Origin: Candidatus Multivorans sp.
GTDB taxonomy: Bacteria > Acidobacteriota > Thermoanaerobaculia > Multivoradales > Multivoraceae
Length of the DNA stretch: 64,000 nucleotides
Reading direction: 5' to 3'
NCBI GenBank assembly: GCA_965247095.1
Contig: OZ251997.1
Location: 4,096,001 to 4,160,000, forward strand
A program made the position numbers and the translations under genes. Positions 28,175 to 38,728 of this stretch are shown here, in pieces; within the stretch, counting starts at the first letter, position 1; each line of letters starts with the position of its first letter. Below the pieces are notes generated by a model, which made no database searches, was not told the origin of the DNA, and worked only from the letters and a program-made list of their open reading frames with translations.

Positions 28175-30599
28175 GCTCCGTAGTGGGGGAGCGTTGCAGG
28201 TCCTGGCGCCGGACAGCCGTGCCGGGCGGGAGCGCCTGGAACTCCTCGACCGGCGGGGCCGGGGCGGTGTCGCGGCCGAGATCGGCCATGCCGCCGCGGA
28301 GATCATAGGCCGGGTTCGCAGCGGTGGCGACGCGGCCCTGCTCGAAGCGGTGCGGCGCTACGACGGCTTCGACGCGCCGTCGGTCGCCGCCTTGCGACTG
28401 GGCGGCGCCCGCCCGCATCCGGCTTCCGAACGCATCGACCCCGACGTACTCACCGCCATCGATCGCGCCCGGGACGCCATTGAGGTCTACCACCGGGCAC
28501 AGCCGCACGGTCCGGGCGTCCAGCGCCTGGAACGGGACGGCGTGTCGATCGAGGAGCGCCGGCTGCCGATCCGCCGGGTCGGGATCTACGTGCCGGGTGG
28601 GCGGTTCGCTTATCCGTCGACGGTGCTGATGACCGCGGTGCCGGCACGGCTCGCGGGTGTCGAGGAGATCGTCGTCGCCACGCCGCCCCAGGCCTACCTC
28701 GAGAGCCCGGTGCTGCGGCACGTGCTCGACCTGGTCGAAGCGGACGAGGTCTGGGGCATGGGGGGCGCGCACGGCGTCGCGGCGCTCGCCTACGGCACCG
28801 AGTCCGTCCGGGCGGTCGACCTGATCGTCGGGCCCGGGAACGCCTGGGTGGCGGCCGCAAAGCAGTACGTGGCGGGCGACGTCGGCGTCGACCGCGACGC
28901 GGGTCCGTCGGAGGTCGTCATCGTGGCGACCGATGGCGCTCCCGCGGGCTGGGTTGCGGCCGACCTGCTCGCGCAGGCGGAGCACGATCCCCTGGCGGTC
29001 GCGGTCCTGGTCACGGACTCCGCGGCGCTTGCCGACCGGGTGGCGTCGGAGGTGGACCGGCAGCTCTCGCTGCTGCCGACCCGCGACACCGCCGCTGCCG
29101 CGCTCGAAGCGCACGGCGCGGCCTTCGTCACGGGCGACCTGGACGGCGCCCTCGCGCTTGCCGAACGGCTGGCGCCCGAGCATCTGCAACTGATCGGCGC
29201 GGCCGCGGAAGCGCGCGCGGACGAGGTGCGCAATGCCGGCGCCGTCTTCGTCGGCGCGTCTTCGCCTGTCGTGTTCGGTGACTACGTGGCCGGGCCCAGC
29301 CACGTGCTGCCCACGGGCGGCACCGCGCGCTTCGCCCCCGGTCTCGGGATAGAGGACTTCGTGCGGCGCAGTCACACGGTTCGCTTTTCCGGCGAGGCCT
29401 CGAAGGCTTGGGCCGGCGCCGCCGAGACCCTGGCGGCCACCGAGGGTCTGGCGGCCCATGCCGCGGCGGCGAGGTTGCGCCTGGGCCGAGGGAAAGAGCG
29501 CGGAGGAAGAGTCATGAGTGCCTCCGCCCGGGGCGCCGGCGCCTTCGTCAGGCCTGAGTTCCGCCGCCTGTCCGCCTACTCGCTCGACCGCGGGACGTAC
29601 CGCTACCGGCTCGATCAGAACGAGGCGCCGTGGGATCTGCCGCGGGCGCTCAAGCGCGAGGCGCTGGCGCGTCTGGCCGAGCGCACCTGGGCCCACTATC
29701 CGGACTTCCACGCCGAACGTCTGCGGCGTCTGCTCGGTGACCTCAACGACTGGCCGGCGGAGGGCGTTCTGGTCGGGAACGGTTCCGGCGAGCTGCTCAC
29801 CACGGTGCTCGAAGGCGTCGTGCGCCCCGGCCAGGAGGTGCTCGCCTGCGAGCCGTGCTTCGGTCTCTACGAGACCTTCGTCCGGCGGGCCGCGGGCGTG
29901 CCGCGATTCCTCGAACCGGCGCCGGACCTGGCGCTCCAGACCGGCGAACTCCAGGCCGAGATCGAGCGCGACCCGAGCCGGCCGGTGATCCTCTGCACGC
30001 CGAACAACCCGACCGGCACGGCTGCGGATCCCGCTACGGTGGAGCGCCTTCTGGGCGCGCTCGAGGCGCCGCTGCTGCTCGACAACGCGTACGGCGAGTT
30101 CTGCCGCCACGACTACCGGCCGCTGCTGCGCCGCCACCCGAACCTGATCGTGTTCCGGACCCTGTCCAAGGCCTGGTCCCTGGGCGGCATCCGTCTCGGC
30201 TACCTGCTTGCGGACCCGGACCTGGTGACGGAACTGATCAAGGTCAAGCTGCCCTACAACATCGGTCATGCGGCGGCGGTCATCGGCGAAGTGGCGCTCG
30301 AACACGCCGACCGGCTTCTGCCGCGCGTCGCCCTGGTGCGGGCGCGCCGGGAGCAGTGGATGGTCATGCTGCGGGAGTTCGGTTTCGAGGTACTCGACTC
30401 GGAGGCCAACTTCCTCCTCGCACGCCACCCCCGCTGCGCCGAGATCCGCATGGGTCTCGCCGACGGTGGGGTCCTGGTTCGGGACGTGAGCCGCTACCCG
30501 GGTTTGGCCGACTGCATGAGGATCGGAATCGGCGGCGGTCCGGCGCTGCGCGCCACGCGACGCGCGCTGGCGGGAATGAACGGGGGAGAGAAGCCATGA
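28167..30599 (+). CDS. hisD-hisC: Histidinol dehydrogenase fused in frame to histidinol-phosphate aminotransferase (HisC part from ATG 29514)
   Basis: HisD: [41 protein letters not shown]; HisC: [40 protein letters not shown]. Confidence 0.9.
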   Translation: MTELRSGGALQVLAPDSRAGRERLELLDRRGRGGVAAEIGHAAAEIIGRVRSGGDAALLEAVRRYDGFDAPSVAALRLGGARPHPASERIDPDVLTAIDRARDAIEVYHRAQPHGPGVQRLERDGVSIEERRLPIRRVGIYVPGGRFAYPSTVLMTAVPARLAGVEEIVVATPPQAYLESPVLRHVLDLVEADEVWGMGGAHGVAALAYGTESVRAVDLIVGPGNAWVAAAKQYVAGDVGVDRDAGPSEVVIVATDGAPAGWVAADLLAQAEHDPLAVAVLVTDSAALADRVASEVDRQLSLLPTRDTAAAALEAHGAAFVTGDLDGALALAERLAPEHLQLIGAAAEARADEVRNAGAVFVGASSPVVFGDYVAGPSHVLPTGGTARFAPGLGIEDFVRRSHTVRFSGEASKAWAGAAETLAATEGLAAHAAAARLRLGRGKERGGRVMSASARGAGAFVRPEFRRLSAYSLDRGTYRYRLDQNEAPWDLPRALKREALARLAERTWAHYPDFHAERLRRLLGDLNDWPAEGVLVGNGSGELLTTVLEGVVRPGQEVLACEPCFGLYETFVRRAAGVPRFLEPAPDLALQTGELQAEIERDPSRPVILCTPNNPTGTAADPATVERLLGALEAPLLLDNAYGEFCRHDYRPLLRRHPNLIVFRTLSKAWSLGGIRLGYLLADPDLVTELIKVKLPYNIGHAAAVIGEVALEHADRLLPRVALVRARREQWMVMLREFGFEVLDSEANFLLARHPRCAEIRMGLADGGVLVRDVSRYPGLADCMRIGIGGGPALRATRRALAGMNGGEKP

Positions 30600-31201
30600 G
30601 ACGAGCGGCCATCGATCGCAAGACATCCGAAACCCGGATCCGCGCCGAGTTGTCGCTCGACGGCGGCCCGTGCCGGCTTGATGTGCCGAACGGTTTCTTC
30701 TCGCACATGCTGGACGCCCTCTCGCGTCACGGCGGTCTGGGGCTCGACCTCGAAGCCCGCGGCGATACAAACATCGACCTTCACCACACGGTGGAGGACA
30801 CAGGCATCGTGCTCGGCGAGGCGCTGCGAGAGGCCCTGGGCGACCGGGCCGGCGTGCGGCGCTTCGCCTACGCATTCGCGCCGCTCGACGAGGCGTTGGC
30901 ACGCGCCGTGATCGACCTCTCGGGCCGCGGTTCCTTCCACTTCCGGCTGCCCGCGGACCTGGAGCAGGCATGGGTCACGACCGAGTTCCCGCTCACCCTG
31001 ATGGGTGACTTCTTCGGCGCCTTCGCCGACCGCGGGCGGCTGACGCTGCACCTGGACGTCCTCTGCGGCCGCAACCCGCACCACGTCGCCGAGGCGTCGT
31101 TCAAGGCGGTGGCTCTGGCGCTGCGTGACGCGGTGTCCCTGCGGCCTGACGCCGGGGGCGGCGCCGAGGCGCCGAGCACGAAGGGGAGCCTGACGGCATG
31201 A
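30596..31201 (+). CDS. hisB: Imidazoleglycerol-phosphate dehydratase (monofunctional)
   Basis: RKTSET, FFSHML, DLHHTVEDTG, PLDEAL, NPHHVAEASFK, PSTKG. Confidence 0.96.
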   Translation: MRRAAIDRKTSETRIRAELSLDGGPCRLDVPNGFFSHMLDALSRHGGLGLDLEARGDTNIDLHHTVEDTGIVLGEALREALGDRAGVRRFAYAFAPLDEALARAVIDLSGRGSFHFRLPADLEQAWVTTEFPLTLMGDFFGAFADRGRLTLHLDVLCGRNPHHVAEASFKAVALALRDAVSLRPDAGGGAEAPSTKGSLTA

Positions 31202-31884
31202 CCGGCGTTGCGAGCAGCGCCCCGGCGAGCAGAGCGACGGTGGTCGACGCCGGCGTCGGCAACATCGGCAACCTGGTGCGGGCGCTCCGCCACCTGAGGT
31301 CCGAAGTCGAAATCACCTGCGATCCGGAGGCGATTCGTAAGGCTCGCTGCCTGGTGCTGCCGGGCGTCGGCGCTTTCCGGCCGCCGCGCGAGGTTCTGCG
31401 CGGCGCTGCCGAAGAGGCAATCAGCACGGCACTCGGGAACGGCGCGTACCTGCTCGGCATCTGTATCGGCTACCAGCTCCTGTTCGACAGCAGCGAGGAG
31501 TTCGGCATGACGGACGGTCTCGGCCTGCTCGCGGGCCGTGTCACCCAGTTGCCGGGCGGCGTGCCCCTGCCTCACATCGGCTGGAACCGCGTCTTCGGCA
31601 CAGCAAACCATCCCCTCCTCGCCGGCGCAGCCGAGGACGACCACTACTACTTCGTCCACTCCTTCGCGCCGGAGGACGTGCCGGAGGAGTCCGTGCTGGG
31701 ACGCTCCCGTCACGGCCGCAGTTTCCCCGCGATCACGGGCCGCGGGCGCATCGCGGGTACCCAGTTTCATCCCGAGAAGAGCGGCGCCGCCGGCCTGCGG
31801 CTGCTGCGCAACTACCTGGCCTGGGCGGGCGACCTGGCCGATGGGGTCGAAGGAGGCGACGGTGCAACTGCTGCCGGCAATTGA
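31198..31884 (+). CDS. hisH: Imidazole glycerol phosphate synthase glutaminase subunit
   Basis: LPGVGAF, LGICIGYQ, PHIGWN, YFVHSF, QFHPEKS. Confidence 0.96.
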   Translation: MTGVASSAPASRATVVDAGVGNIGNLVRALRHLRSEVEITCDPEAIRKARCLVLPGVGAFRPPREVLRGAAEEAISTALGNGAYLLGICIGYQLLFDSSEEFGMTDGLGLLAGRVTQLPGGVPLPHIGWNRVFGTANHPLLAGAAEDDHYYFVHSFAPEDVPEESVLGRSRHGRSFPAITGRGRIAGTQFHPEKSGAAGLRLLRNYLAWAGDLADGVEGGDGATAAGN

Positions 31885-32617
31885 CCTGCGCGGCGGTCAG
31901 GTCGTGCGTCTCGAACGCGGCGACGACGGGCGCCGCACGGTCTACGACGCCGATCCGGGCAATGCGCTGCGCCGCTGCCGCGAGGCGGGGGTGTCCCGCA
32001 TCCACGTCGTCGATCTGGACGCGGCGTTCGGCGGTGCCCCCCAGCGCGAAGTCGTCGAGGCGCTGGTTCAGCAGGCAGCCCCCACCGGCATCCAGCTCGG
32101 CGGCGGCCTGCGTGACCGCGAGTCCGTCGAGTGGGCCTTCGCGGCGGGCTGCGAACGGGCGGTGGTGACCTCCCTCATCGTTCGCGACTTCGACGTGTTC
32201 ACCGGCCTCTGTCGCGACTACCCGGGGCGCATGGTGGCGGCGCTTGACATCGACCGCGGCGAAGTGCGGCTGGCGGGCTGGACCGAATCGGCCGACCGCT
32301 CGCCCGCGACGCTGTGCGAGCAGCTTGCCGGTCTGCCGATCGCGGCGGTGCTGGTCACCGACATCTCGCGGGACGGGATGATGCAGGGCCCGAACATCGA
32401 CCTCGCCTGCGAGATCGGCGCCATGGCCGGCGCGCCGGCGATCCTCTCGGGCGGCGTACGGTCGGCGGCCGACCTGGAAGCCGCGGCCCGGCGGCCCGAA
32501 CTCGAAGCCGCGATCGTCGGCCGCGCGCTCTACGACGGTTCGCTGACCTTGGGCGAGGCGCTCGCCGCCTGCGGCGGAGCGGGAACGCCCGCCGCCGCTA
32601 CCGGAGGCGCGTCATGA
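31862..32617 (+). CDS. hisA: ProFAR isomerase
   Basis: [44 protein letters not shown]; GTG start 31862. Confidence 0.95.
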   Translation: MQLLPAIDLRGGQVVRLERGDDGRRTVYDADPGNALRRCREAGVSRIHVVDLDAAFGGAPQREVVEALVQQAAPTGIQLGGGLRDRESVEWAFAAGCERAVVTSLIVRDFDVFTGLCRDYPGRMVAALDIDRGEVRLAGWTESADRSPATLCEQLAGLPIAAVLVTDISRDGMMQGPNIDLACEIGAMAGAPAILSGGVRSAADLEAAARRPELEAAIVGRALYDGSLTLGEALAACGGAGTPAAATGGAS

Positions 32618-33405
32618 GAGCCACCATCGAGCCGACCGGCCTCACCCGCCGCATCATCCCCTGTCTGGACGTGGCCGCCGGGCGGGTGGTCAAGGGCGTC
32701 CAGTTCAAGAACCTGACTGATCACGGCGACCCGACCGAGGCCGCGGCCCGCTACGCCGCGGAGGGCGCCGACGAGATCGTCTTCCTCGACATCACCGCCG
32801 CGCCCGAGCGCCGCGACACGGACCTCGACTGGGTGCGCCGGACCGCCGAGCAGGTGTTCATTCCGCTCAGCGTCGGCGGTGGCGTGCGCAGCACAGGCGA
32901 CGGCCGCAAGTTGCTCCTCGCCGGCGCCGACAAGCTGGGGATCAACACCGCCGCGGTCGCCGAACCGGAGCTGCTCACGCGCCTCGCCGAGCGCTTCGGG
33001 AGCCAGTGCGTCGTGCTCTCGGTCGACGCCAAACGGCGGCTAGAAGACGGGGCCGAGAACCAGAGTTGGGAGGTCGTCACCCACGGCGGCCGCACGCCGA
33101 CCGGGCTCGATGCAATCGAGTGGATCGAGAAGGGAATCGAACGGGGCGCCGGCGAGATCCTGCTCACCAGCATCGACAGCGACGGCATGAAGAGCGGCTA
33201 CGACCTGGAACTGCTGCGCCGGGCGTCCGCGCTGTCGCCGGTGCCGGTCATCGCCTCCGGCGGCGCCGGCACCCTGGAGCACCTGGCGGAGGCCCTGGAG
33301 ACCGACGCCGCGGCGGTGCTCGCCGCCTCGATCTTCCACCAGTCCACGTACTCCGTGGGCGCGGTCAAGGAGTACCTTGGCCGCCGCTTTCCGATCCGCA
33401 TGTGA
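32614..33405 (+). CDS. hisF: Imidazole glycerol phosphate synthase cyclase subunit
   Basis: [50 protein letters not shown]. Confidence 0.97.
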   Translation: MRATIEPTGLTRRIIPCLDVAAGRVVKGVQFKNLTDHGDPTEAAARYAAEGADEIVFLDITAAPERRDTDLDWVRRTAEQVFIPLSVGGGVRSTGDGRKLLLAGADKLGINTAAVAEPELLTRLAERFGSQCVVLSVDAKRRLEDGAENQSWEVVTHGGRTPTGLDAIEWIEKGIERGAGEILLTSIDSDGMKSGYDLELLRRASALSPVPVIASGGAGTLEHLAEALETDAAAVLAASIFHQSTYSVGAVKEYLGRRFPIRM

Positions 33406-33428
33406 TGAGGAATCGAGGAGACCAAGAG

Positions 33429-34082
33429 ATGACAGCGACGGCGATCGACCCTGCGGCGCTCACCTACGACGACCGGGGCCTCCTGCCCGTCGTGGTCCAG
33501 GACGTGCTCTCGGGCGCGGTGCTGATGCTTGCCTACGCCAACCGGGAGGCGGTGGAACTCACACTCGCCAGCGGCGAGGCCCACTTCTACAGCCGCTCGC
33601 GGCAGGAGCTTTGGCGCAAGGGCGCGACCTCGGGCAACACCCTGGCGGTGGTCGAAGTGCTCCAGGACTGTGACCGGGACGCCCTCCTGGTTCGAGCGCT
33701 GCCGGCCGGTCCTGCCTGCCACAACAACACGAGGAGCTGCTTCGAACCGAACGCCGCCGAGTTCGAGCTCGGCTGGCTGGCGCGTGTGATCGCCGAGCGG
33801 GCGTCCGCTCCGCCGGAGGAGAGCTACACGGCCCGTCTCCTCGACCAGGGAGTCGACCGGATCGCACGCAAGGTCGCGGAGGAAGCGGGCGAGACCGTGA
33901 TCGCCGGCGTCCGGGCCGACGCGGCGCCCGAGTCCGCCGAGCGCCGCGGGGATCTCGCGGCCGAAGTCGCCGATCTCGCCTACCACCTGCTGGTGCTGCT
34001 GCAGGCGACCGGCGTCGGGATCGCCGACGTGGCGGCTGAGCTGGGTCGCCGCCATCAGCAAGCCGGGGGAACGCAGCCATGA
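33429..34082 (+). CDS. hisIE: Bifunctional PR-AMP cyclohydrolase / PR-ATP pyrophosphatase
   Basis: SRSRQELWRKGATSGN, DCDRD, PACH...SCF; SYTARL, KVAEEAGE, EVADLAYH. Confidence 0.95.
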   Translation: MTATAIDPAALTYDDRGLLPVVVQDVLSGAVLMLAYANREAVELTLASGEAHFYSRSRQELWRKGATSGNTLAVVEVLQDCDRDALLVRALPAGPACHNNTRSCFEPNAAEFELGWLARVIAERASAPPEESYTARLLDQGVDRIARKVAEEAGETVIAGVRADAAPESAERRGDLAAEVADLAYHLLVLLQATGVGIADVAAELGRRHQQAGGTQP

Positions 34083-35575
34083 GCCGGCCCGCATCCGCCA
34101 TCGCCCACACGCGGGAGTTCCTGGCCGACACGTCGACGCCGCTCGGCGTCTACAGCAAGCTGGCCGCGCATGCGGAGGGCGACTCCGGGGCGCGGCGCTT
34201 TCTGCTCGAGAGCATCACCGGTGGCGAGCACGTATCGCGCTACAGCTTCCTCGGCGCGAGCCCGTCGCAGGTCTGCCGGGTGTACCTCAACCGGCTCGAG
34301 ATCGAGGATCTCCGTTCCAGGGGCGGCGTTCAGGTGCAAGCCGGCGATCCGCTGCCGAAGCTGCGGCAACTGCTCGACGGTGTGACCGCGGATCCGCCGC
34401 CGCCGTTGCCGTTTGCCGGCGGCTGGATCGGCGCCTTCGGCTTCGACGCGATCCGGCTCGTCGAGCCGTGTCTGGTCGACCATCCGGCCGGCCGCCCACC
34501 GGACCCGTTCGGCCTGCCTATCGCCACCCTGGCCCGCTTCGACGACGTGCTCGTGTTCGATCACGCCCGCCAGCGGATCGTCGCGGTGGCGAACGAGATC
34601 ACGGGCGAGACGACGGCGGCGGAGGCCGAAGCGCGGCTCGATGAACTGCAGGCGGTCCTTGAGAGCCGCGGCGAGGCCACGGCGGCCCGGGTCGAGGACA
34701 TGGGTGTTTTGGCGGAGACTGCCGCCCCGACGCTGAGCGACGAAGAGTACGGCCGGGCAGTGATGGCGGCGAAGGAGTACATCGCCGCCGGCGACATCTT
34801 CCAGGTTGTGCTGGCACGCCGCTGGACTCTCGACCTCGACGTGTCGCCGGCGACCCTCTACCGGGCGCTGCGGTTGGTCAATCCGTCGCCGTACATGGTC
34901 CTGTTCGAGGCGCCCGAGGCGTCGTTGATCGGCGCTTCGCCGGAGATGCTGGTGCGGCGCACGGGGCGGCGCCTCGAGGTGCGGCCGATTGCCGGCACCC
35001 GCCCCCGCGGCAGGACCGCGGCGGAGGACCGCGCTCTGGCCGAGGAACTGATGGCCGACCCCAAGGAGCGCGCGGAACACGTGATGCTGGTCGACCTGGG
35101 GCGCAACGACCTCGGACGGGTGGCGTCGCCGGGCGGGGTCTCGGTGGCCGACTTCATGGTCATCGAGCACTACAGCGACGTGATGCACATCGTCAGTTCG
35201 GTCGAGGCCGAACAGTCCGCCGCGGCCGGAAACGGCGCCGGTTCGGCCCTCGACGCCCTCCTGGCCTGCTTCCCGGCCGGCACGCTGTCCGGGGCGCCGA
35301 AGATCCGCGCGGTGGAGATCATCGACGAACTCGAGCCGGAGGCGCGCGGGATGTACGGGGGCTCGGTGGGCTACTTCTCATTCGGCGGCGACATGGACAC
35401 CTGCATCACGATCCGCACCCTGACCCTGGCGAACGGCGAGGCCTCGATCACCGCCGGGGCCGGCATCGTCGCCGATTCCGACCCGGTGCGCGAGGCGCAG
35501 GAGACCCGCGACAAGGCCGCGGCGCTGCTGCGGGCGGTGGCGCTGGCGCGCGACCTGGAGGACCGCCGGGCATGA
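34079..35575 (+). CDS. trpE: Anthranilate synthase component I
   Basis: FLLES, GDIFQVV, NPSPYM, GASPE, PIAGTRPRG, KERAEHVMLVDLGRND, GTLSGAPK. Confidence 0.96.
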   Translation: MSRPASAIAHTREFLADTSTPLGVYSKLAAHAEGDSGARRFLLESITGGEHVSRYSFLGASPSQVCRVYLNRLEIEDLRSRGGVQVQAGDPLPKLRQLLDGVTADPPPPLPFAGGWIGAFGFDAIRLVEPCLVDHPAGRPPDPFGLPIATLARFDDVLVFDHARQRIVAVANEITGETTAAEAEARLDELQAVLESRGEATAARVEDMGVLAETAAPTLSDEEYGRAVMAAKEYIAAGDIFQVVLARRWTLDLDVSPATLYRALRLVNPSPYMVLFEAPEASLIGASPEMLVRRTGRRLEVRPIAGTRPRGRTAAEDRALAEELMADPKERAEHVMLVDLGRNDLGRVASPGGVSVADFMVIEHYSDVMHIVSSVEAEQSAAAGNGAGSALDALLACFPAGTLSGAPKIRAVEIIDELEPEARGMYGGSVGYFSFGGDMDTCITIRTLTLANGEASITAGAGIVADSDPVREAQETRDKAAALLRAVALARDLEDRRA

Positions 35576-36150
35576 TCCTCGTCATCGACAACTACGACTC
35601 CTTCACCTACAACTTGGTCCAGATATTCGGCGGTCTCGGCGCCGAACTCGAGGTGGTGCGCAACGATGTCGAGAGCGTGCCGGACCTGCTGGCGCGCGAC
35701 CCGGAAGGCATCGTCCTGTCGCCGGGGCCGGGCCGGCCGGAGGACGCGGGAGTCTGCATCGACCTCCTGCGGGCGCAACCCGACGTGCCCCTGCTCGGCG
35801 TTTGCCTGGGACACCAGGCGCTCGGCTCGGCATTCGGCGGCACCGTCAGCCGGGCGAAGGTCCTGATGCACGGCAAGACCTCCGAAGTCGAGCACCGGGG
35901 GGTGGGCTTGCTGTCCGGCCTGCCTTCGCCCTTCGTCGCCACGCGCTACCACTCGCTGGCGGTCGAGGAGGAGAGCCTGCCGGCACAGCTTCAGCCGCTG
36001 GCCTGGAGCGAGGACGGAACGCTCATGGCGATGCGGCACCGGGAACTGCCCTACTGGGGCGTCCAGTTCCATCCGGAGTCGGTGCTCACCGGCAGCGGAC
36101 CGCAGCTACTTCAGAACTTTCTCGATCTGTGCGGAGAGGCCAATGACTGA
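35572..36150 (+). CDS. trpG: Anthranilate synthase component II
   Basis: IDNYDSFTYNL, SPGPG, GVCLGHQ, RYHSL, QFHPES. Confidence 0.96.
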   Translation: MILVIDNYDSFTYNLVQIFGGLGAELEVVRNDVESVPDLLARDPEGIVLSPGPGRPEDAGVCIDLLRAQPDVPLLGVCLGHQALGSAFGGTVSRAKVLMHGKTSEVEHRGVGLLSGLPSPFVATRYHSLAVEEESLPAQLQPLAWSEDGTLMAMRHRELPYWGVQFHPESVLTGSGPQLLQNFLDLCGEAND

Positions 36151-37183
36151 TCTCGACCTTTCGACCCTGTTGCGAACGGCCATCGCCGGCGAGGACCTTC
36201 CCGCCACGACAGTGGAGGAGCTGTTCGGCCGGCTGATGGACGGCGAACTGTCCGAGGTGTGGAAGAGCGCGTTTCTGGTCGCGCTGGCGGCGAAGGGCGA
36301 ATCGGTGGGTGAGATCGCCGGCGCCGCACGGGCGATGCGGGCGCGGGCCTCCGGGGTGCCGCACACGAGTTCCGGCGTGATCGACACCTGCGGCACCGGC
36401 GGCGACGGCCGGGGCACGTTCAACATCTCGACCGCGGCCGCGCTGGTGGCGGCTGCGTGCGGCGCGCGGGTGGCCAAGCACGGCAACCGCGCCGTGTCGA
36501 GCCGCTCCGGCTCGGCGGACGTACTCGACGCTCTCGGCGTGCGGCTCTCGGGCGACACGGAGGCTCTCGGACGCTGCCTCGACGACGTCGGCATCGCCTT
36601 CCTGTTCGCGCCCATGCTCCACCCGGCTATGGCCCAGGTCATGCCGGTGCGGCGCGAGCTCGGCGTGCGCACGCTGTTCAACGTGCTCGGGCCGATGACC
36701 AACCCGGCCGGGGCGAAGCGTCAGTTGATCGGCGTCTTCGCGGCCGGTCTGGTCGAAAAGGTCGCGCGCGTGCTGCGGGATCTCGGAAGCGAGCACGCCC
36801 TGGTCGTCCACGGCGACGGTCTCGACGAGATCACGACCACCGGGACGACTGCGGTTGCCGAGGTACGGGACGGCGACGTGCGCACCTTCGAAGTTCATCC
36901 ACGCGACTTCGGGATCGCCGAGGCGGCGCCGGAGGATCTCCTCGGCGGCGGCCCCGAGCGGAACGTCGAGCTGATGGGCGACGTGCTCGCCGGAGGCGAG
37001 GGGCCGCTGGCCGACATCACCTGTCTCAACGCCGGGGCCGCGCTCTTTGTCGCCGGCAGGGCGGACGGCCTCGCCGCCGGTGTCGCCGCCGCGTTCGAGG
37101 TGCAGCGTTCGGGAGCGGCAGCCAGGAAGCTCGAAGAGCTCGCCGGCTGGGACGGCTGGGACGACGGAGGCGGCGGAGACTGA
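36143..37183 (+). CDS. trpD: Anthranilate phosphoribosyltransferase
   Basis: DTCGTGGDG, NIST, KHGNRAVSSRSGSAD, RTLFNVLGP, GLDE. Confidence 0.97.
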   Translation: MTDLDLSTLLRTAIAGEDLPATTVEELFGRLMDGELSEVWKSAFLVALAAKGESVGEIAGAARAMRARASGVPHTSSGVIDTCGTGGDGRGTFNISTAAALVAAACGARVAKHGNRAVSSRSGSADVLDALGVRLSGDTEALGRCLDDVGIAFLFAPMLHPAMAQVMPVRRELGVRTLFNVLGPMTNPAGAKRQLIGVFAAGLVEKVARVLRDLGSEHALVVHGDGLDEITTTGTTAVAEVRDGDVRTFEVHPRDFGIAEAAPEDLLGGGPERNVELMGDVLAGGEGPLADITCLNAGAALFVAGRADGLAAGVAAAFEVQRSGAAARKLEELAGWDGWDDGGGGD

Positions 37184-37187
37184 GGCC

Positions 37188-38090
37188 ATGTCCGAGGTTC
37201 CCGACATCCTGCGGCGCATCTGCGAGCAGCGGCGCCGGCGCGTCTCGCCCGCATCCGGCTCCGGCTTCGGCCCCGCCTCGCCACGCCTCGCCCCCGACGC
37301 GCCCGGCCGCCGTTTCCTCGACGCGATCGAGGCCCGTCGCGGCCGCGCCGTCATCGCCGAGATCAAGATGGGATCGCCCAAGCTCGGCGACCTCAGGGGA
37401 CGCTTCGATCCGGTCGCCCGGGCAGAGACCTACGCGGCCGCCGGCGCCGCCTGCCTGTCGGTGGTGGTCGAGCCGGACCACTTCTTCGGCAGCTACGAGC
37501 TGCTCGCGGACTGCGCCGCCGCCTCCGGCCTGCCCGCGGTGGCGAAGGACTTCGTCGTCTCCGACGTACAGCTCGAATGGGCGCGAGACGCCGGCGCCTC
37601 CGCGGTGCTCCTGATCGCCGCGCTCTACCACGCCGCGGAGTTGCGGCGGCTGGCGGCGCTCGCCCGGGGCTTGGGCCTGGTGCCCCTGATCGAGACCCAC
37701 GACGACGAGGACTTCGAGAAGCTGGCCCCCCTGGGAGCGCAGGCCGCCAGCCCGCTTCCGGCCCTGGGAACGCGGGCTTCCAGCCCGCATCCGGGTCGCC
37801 CGCAACGCGGCAGTGAGGCCCCAGACTGGGAACTCGTCGGCATCAACAACCGCGACCTGCGCACCTTCGAGGTCGACCTGGAACGAAGCGCCGACCGCGT
37901 CGGCCGCCTCCCGGCGTCGGCTCTCAAGGTCGCCGAGTCGGGGATTCAAACGGGCGCCGATGTCGCCAGGCTGCGTCGGGCCGGTTTCGACGCGTTCCTC
38001 ATCGGCGAGCGCCTGGTGCTCTCCGGCGACCCGGCGGCCGCGCTCGCCGAACTGCTGGGCGACCCGGCAACATCGGGAGCGACCCCATGA
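37188..38090 (+). CDS. trpC: Indole-3-glycerol phosphate synthase with about 30-aa repeat-derived insertion
   Basis: [39 protein letters not shown]. Confidence 0.93.
   Translation: MSEVPDILRRICEQRRRRVSPASGSGFGPASPRLAPDAPGRRFLDAIEARRGRAVIAEIKMGSPKLGDLRGRFDPVARAETYAAAGAACLSVVVEPDHFFGSYELLADCAAASGLPAVAKDFVVSDVQLEWARDAGASAVLLIAALYHAAELRRLAALARGLGLVPLIETHDDEDFEKLAPLGAQAASPLPALGTRASSPHPGRPQRGSEAPDWELVGINNRDLRTFEVDLERSADRVGRLPASALKVAESGIQTGADVARLRRAGFDAFLIGERLVLSGDPAAALAELLGDPATSGATP
37729..37794 (+). repeat. Two tandem 33-bp REP-like units in frame within trpC
   Basis: CCCTGGGAGCGCAGGCCGCCAGCCCGCTTCCGG plus CCCTGGGAACGCGGGCTTCCAGCCCGCATCCGG, matching the intergenic repeat family. Confidence 0.85.
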
Positions 38091-38728
38091 AGGTCAAGGT
38101 CTGCGGGGTCACCACGCCCGACGACGCCCGGCTCGCGGTCGATCTCGGCGCCGACTTCGTCGGCCTCAACTTCTACCGTCCCAGCCCACGCTGGATCGAC
38201 GTCGACCAGGCCGCGCGCATCCGCCGCGCCGTCGGCGACCGGGCACAAGCCATCGGCATCTTCGTCAACCACACCCGCGACGAGGTCGCTTTGATCGACC
38301 GGCAGGTTGGCCTCGACTTCCTCCAGTTCAGCGGCGACGAGAGCCCGGAACTTGTCGCCGAGTTCAGGGACCGCGCGATCCGTGTCCGCCGCGTCGGTGG
38401 CGCGGCTACCGTTGCAGCCCGGATTCCCGAGGAGGACTGCTGGGCGGTCCTGATCGACCGCGCCCACGATCGGCTCTACGGCGGTTCCGGCGAGAGCTGG
38501 GACTACGCGGCGGCGGCCGATCTCGCTCTGACGCAGCCCGGCGGCAGGTCGCGACGCGTGTTCATCGCCGGCGGCATCGGCCCCGGCAACATCGCCCAGG
38601 TCGCGGCGGCCGTGCCCGGCGCCTACGCCGTCGATACCTGTTCGGGCGTCGAGTCCTCGCCCGGACACAAGGACCGCGCCAAGCTGGAGCAGTTGTTCGC
38701 CAACCTGGCAGAGGGAGCAGCACGATGA
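38087..38728 (+). CDS. trpF: Phosphoribosylanthranilate isomerase
   Basis: [43 protein letters not shown]. Confidence 0.95.
   Translation: MKVKVCGVTTPDDARLAVDLGADFVGLNFYRPSPRWIDVDQAARIRRAVGDRAQAIGIFVNHTRDEVALIDRQVGLDFLQFSGDESPELVAEFRDRAIRVRRVGGAATVAARIPEEDCWAVLIDRAHDRLYGGSGESWDYAAAADLALTQPGGRSRRVFIAGGIGPGNIAQVAAAVPGAYAVDTCSGVESSPGHKDRAKLEQLFANLAEGAAR

Noticed and set aside
31862-32617. hisA as bifunctional PriA explaining the his-trp linkage
   Set aside because: A separate intact trpF is present at 38087-38728.
37145-37183. Two Trp codons in the trpD tail (WDGWD) as an internal Trp sensor
   Set aside because: Explained by a 9-bp duplication GGCTGGGAC; no alternative hairpins were found nearby.
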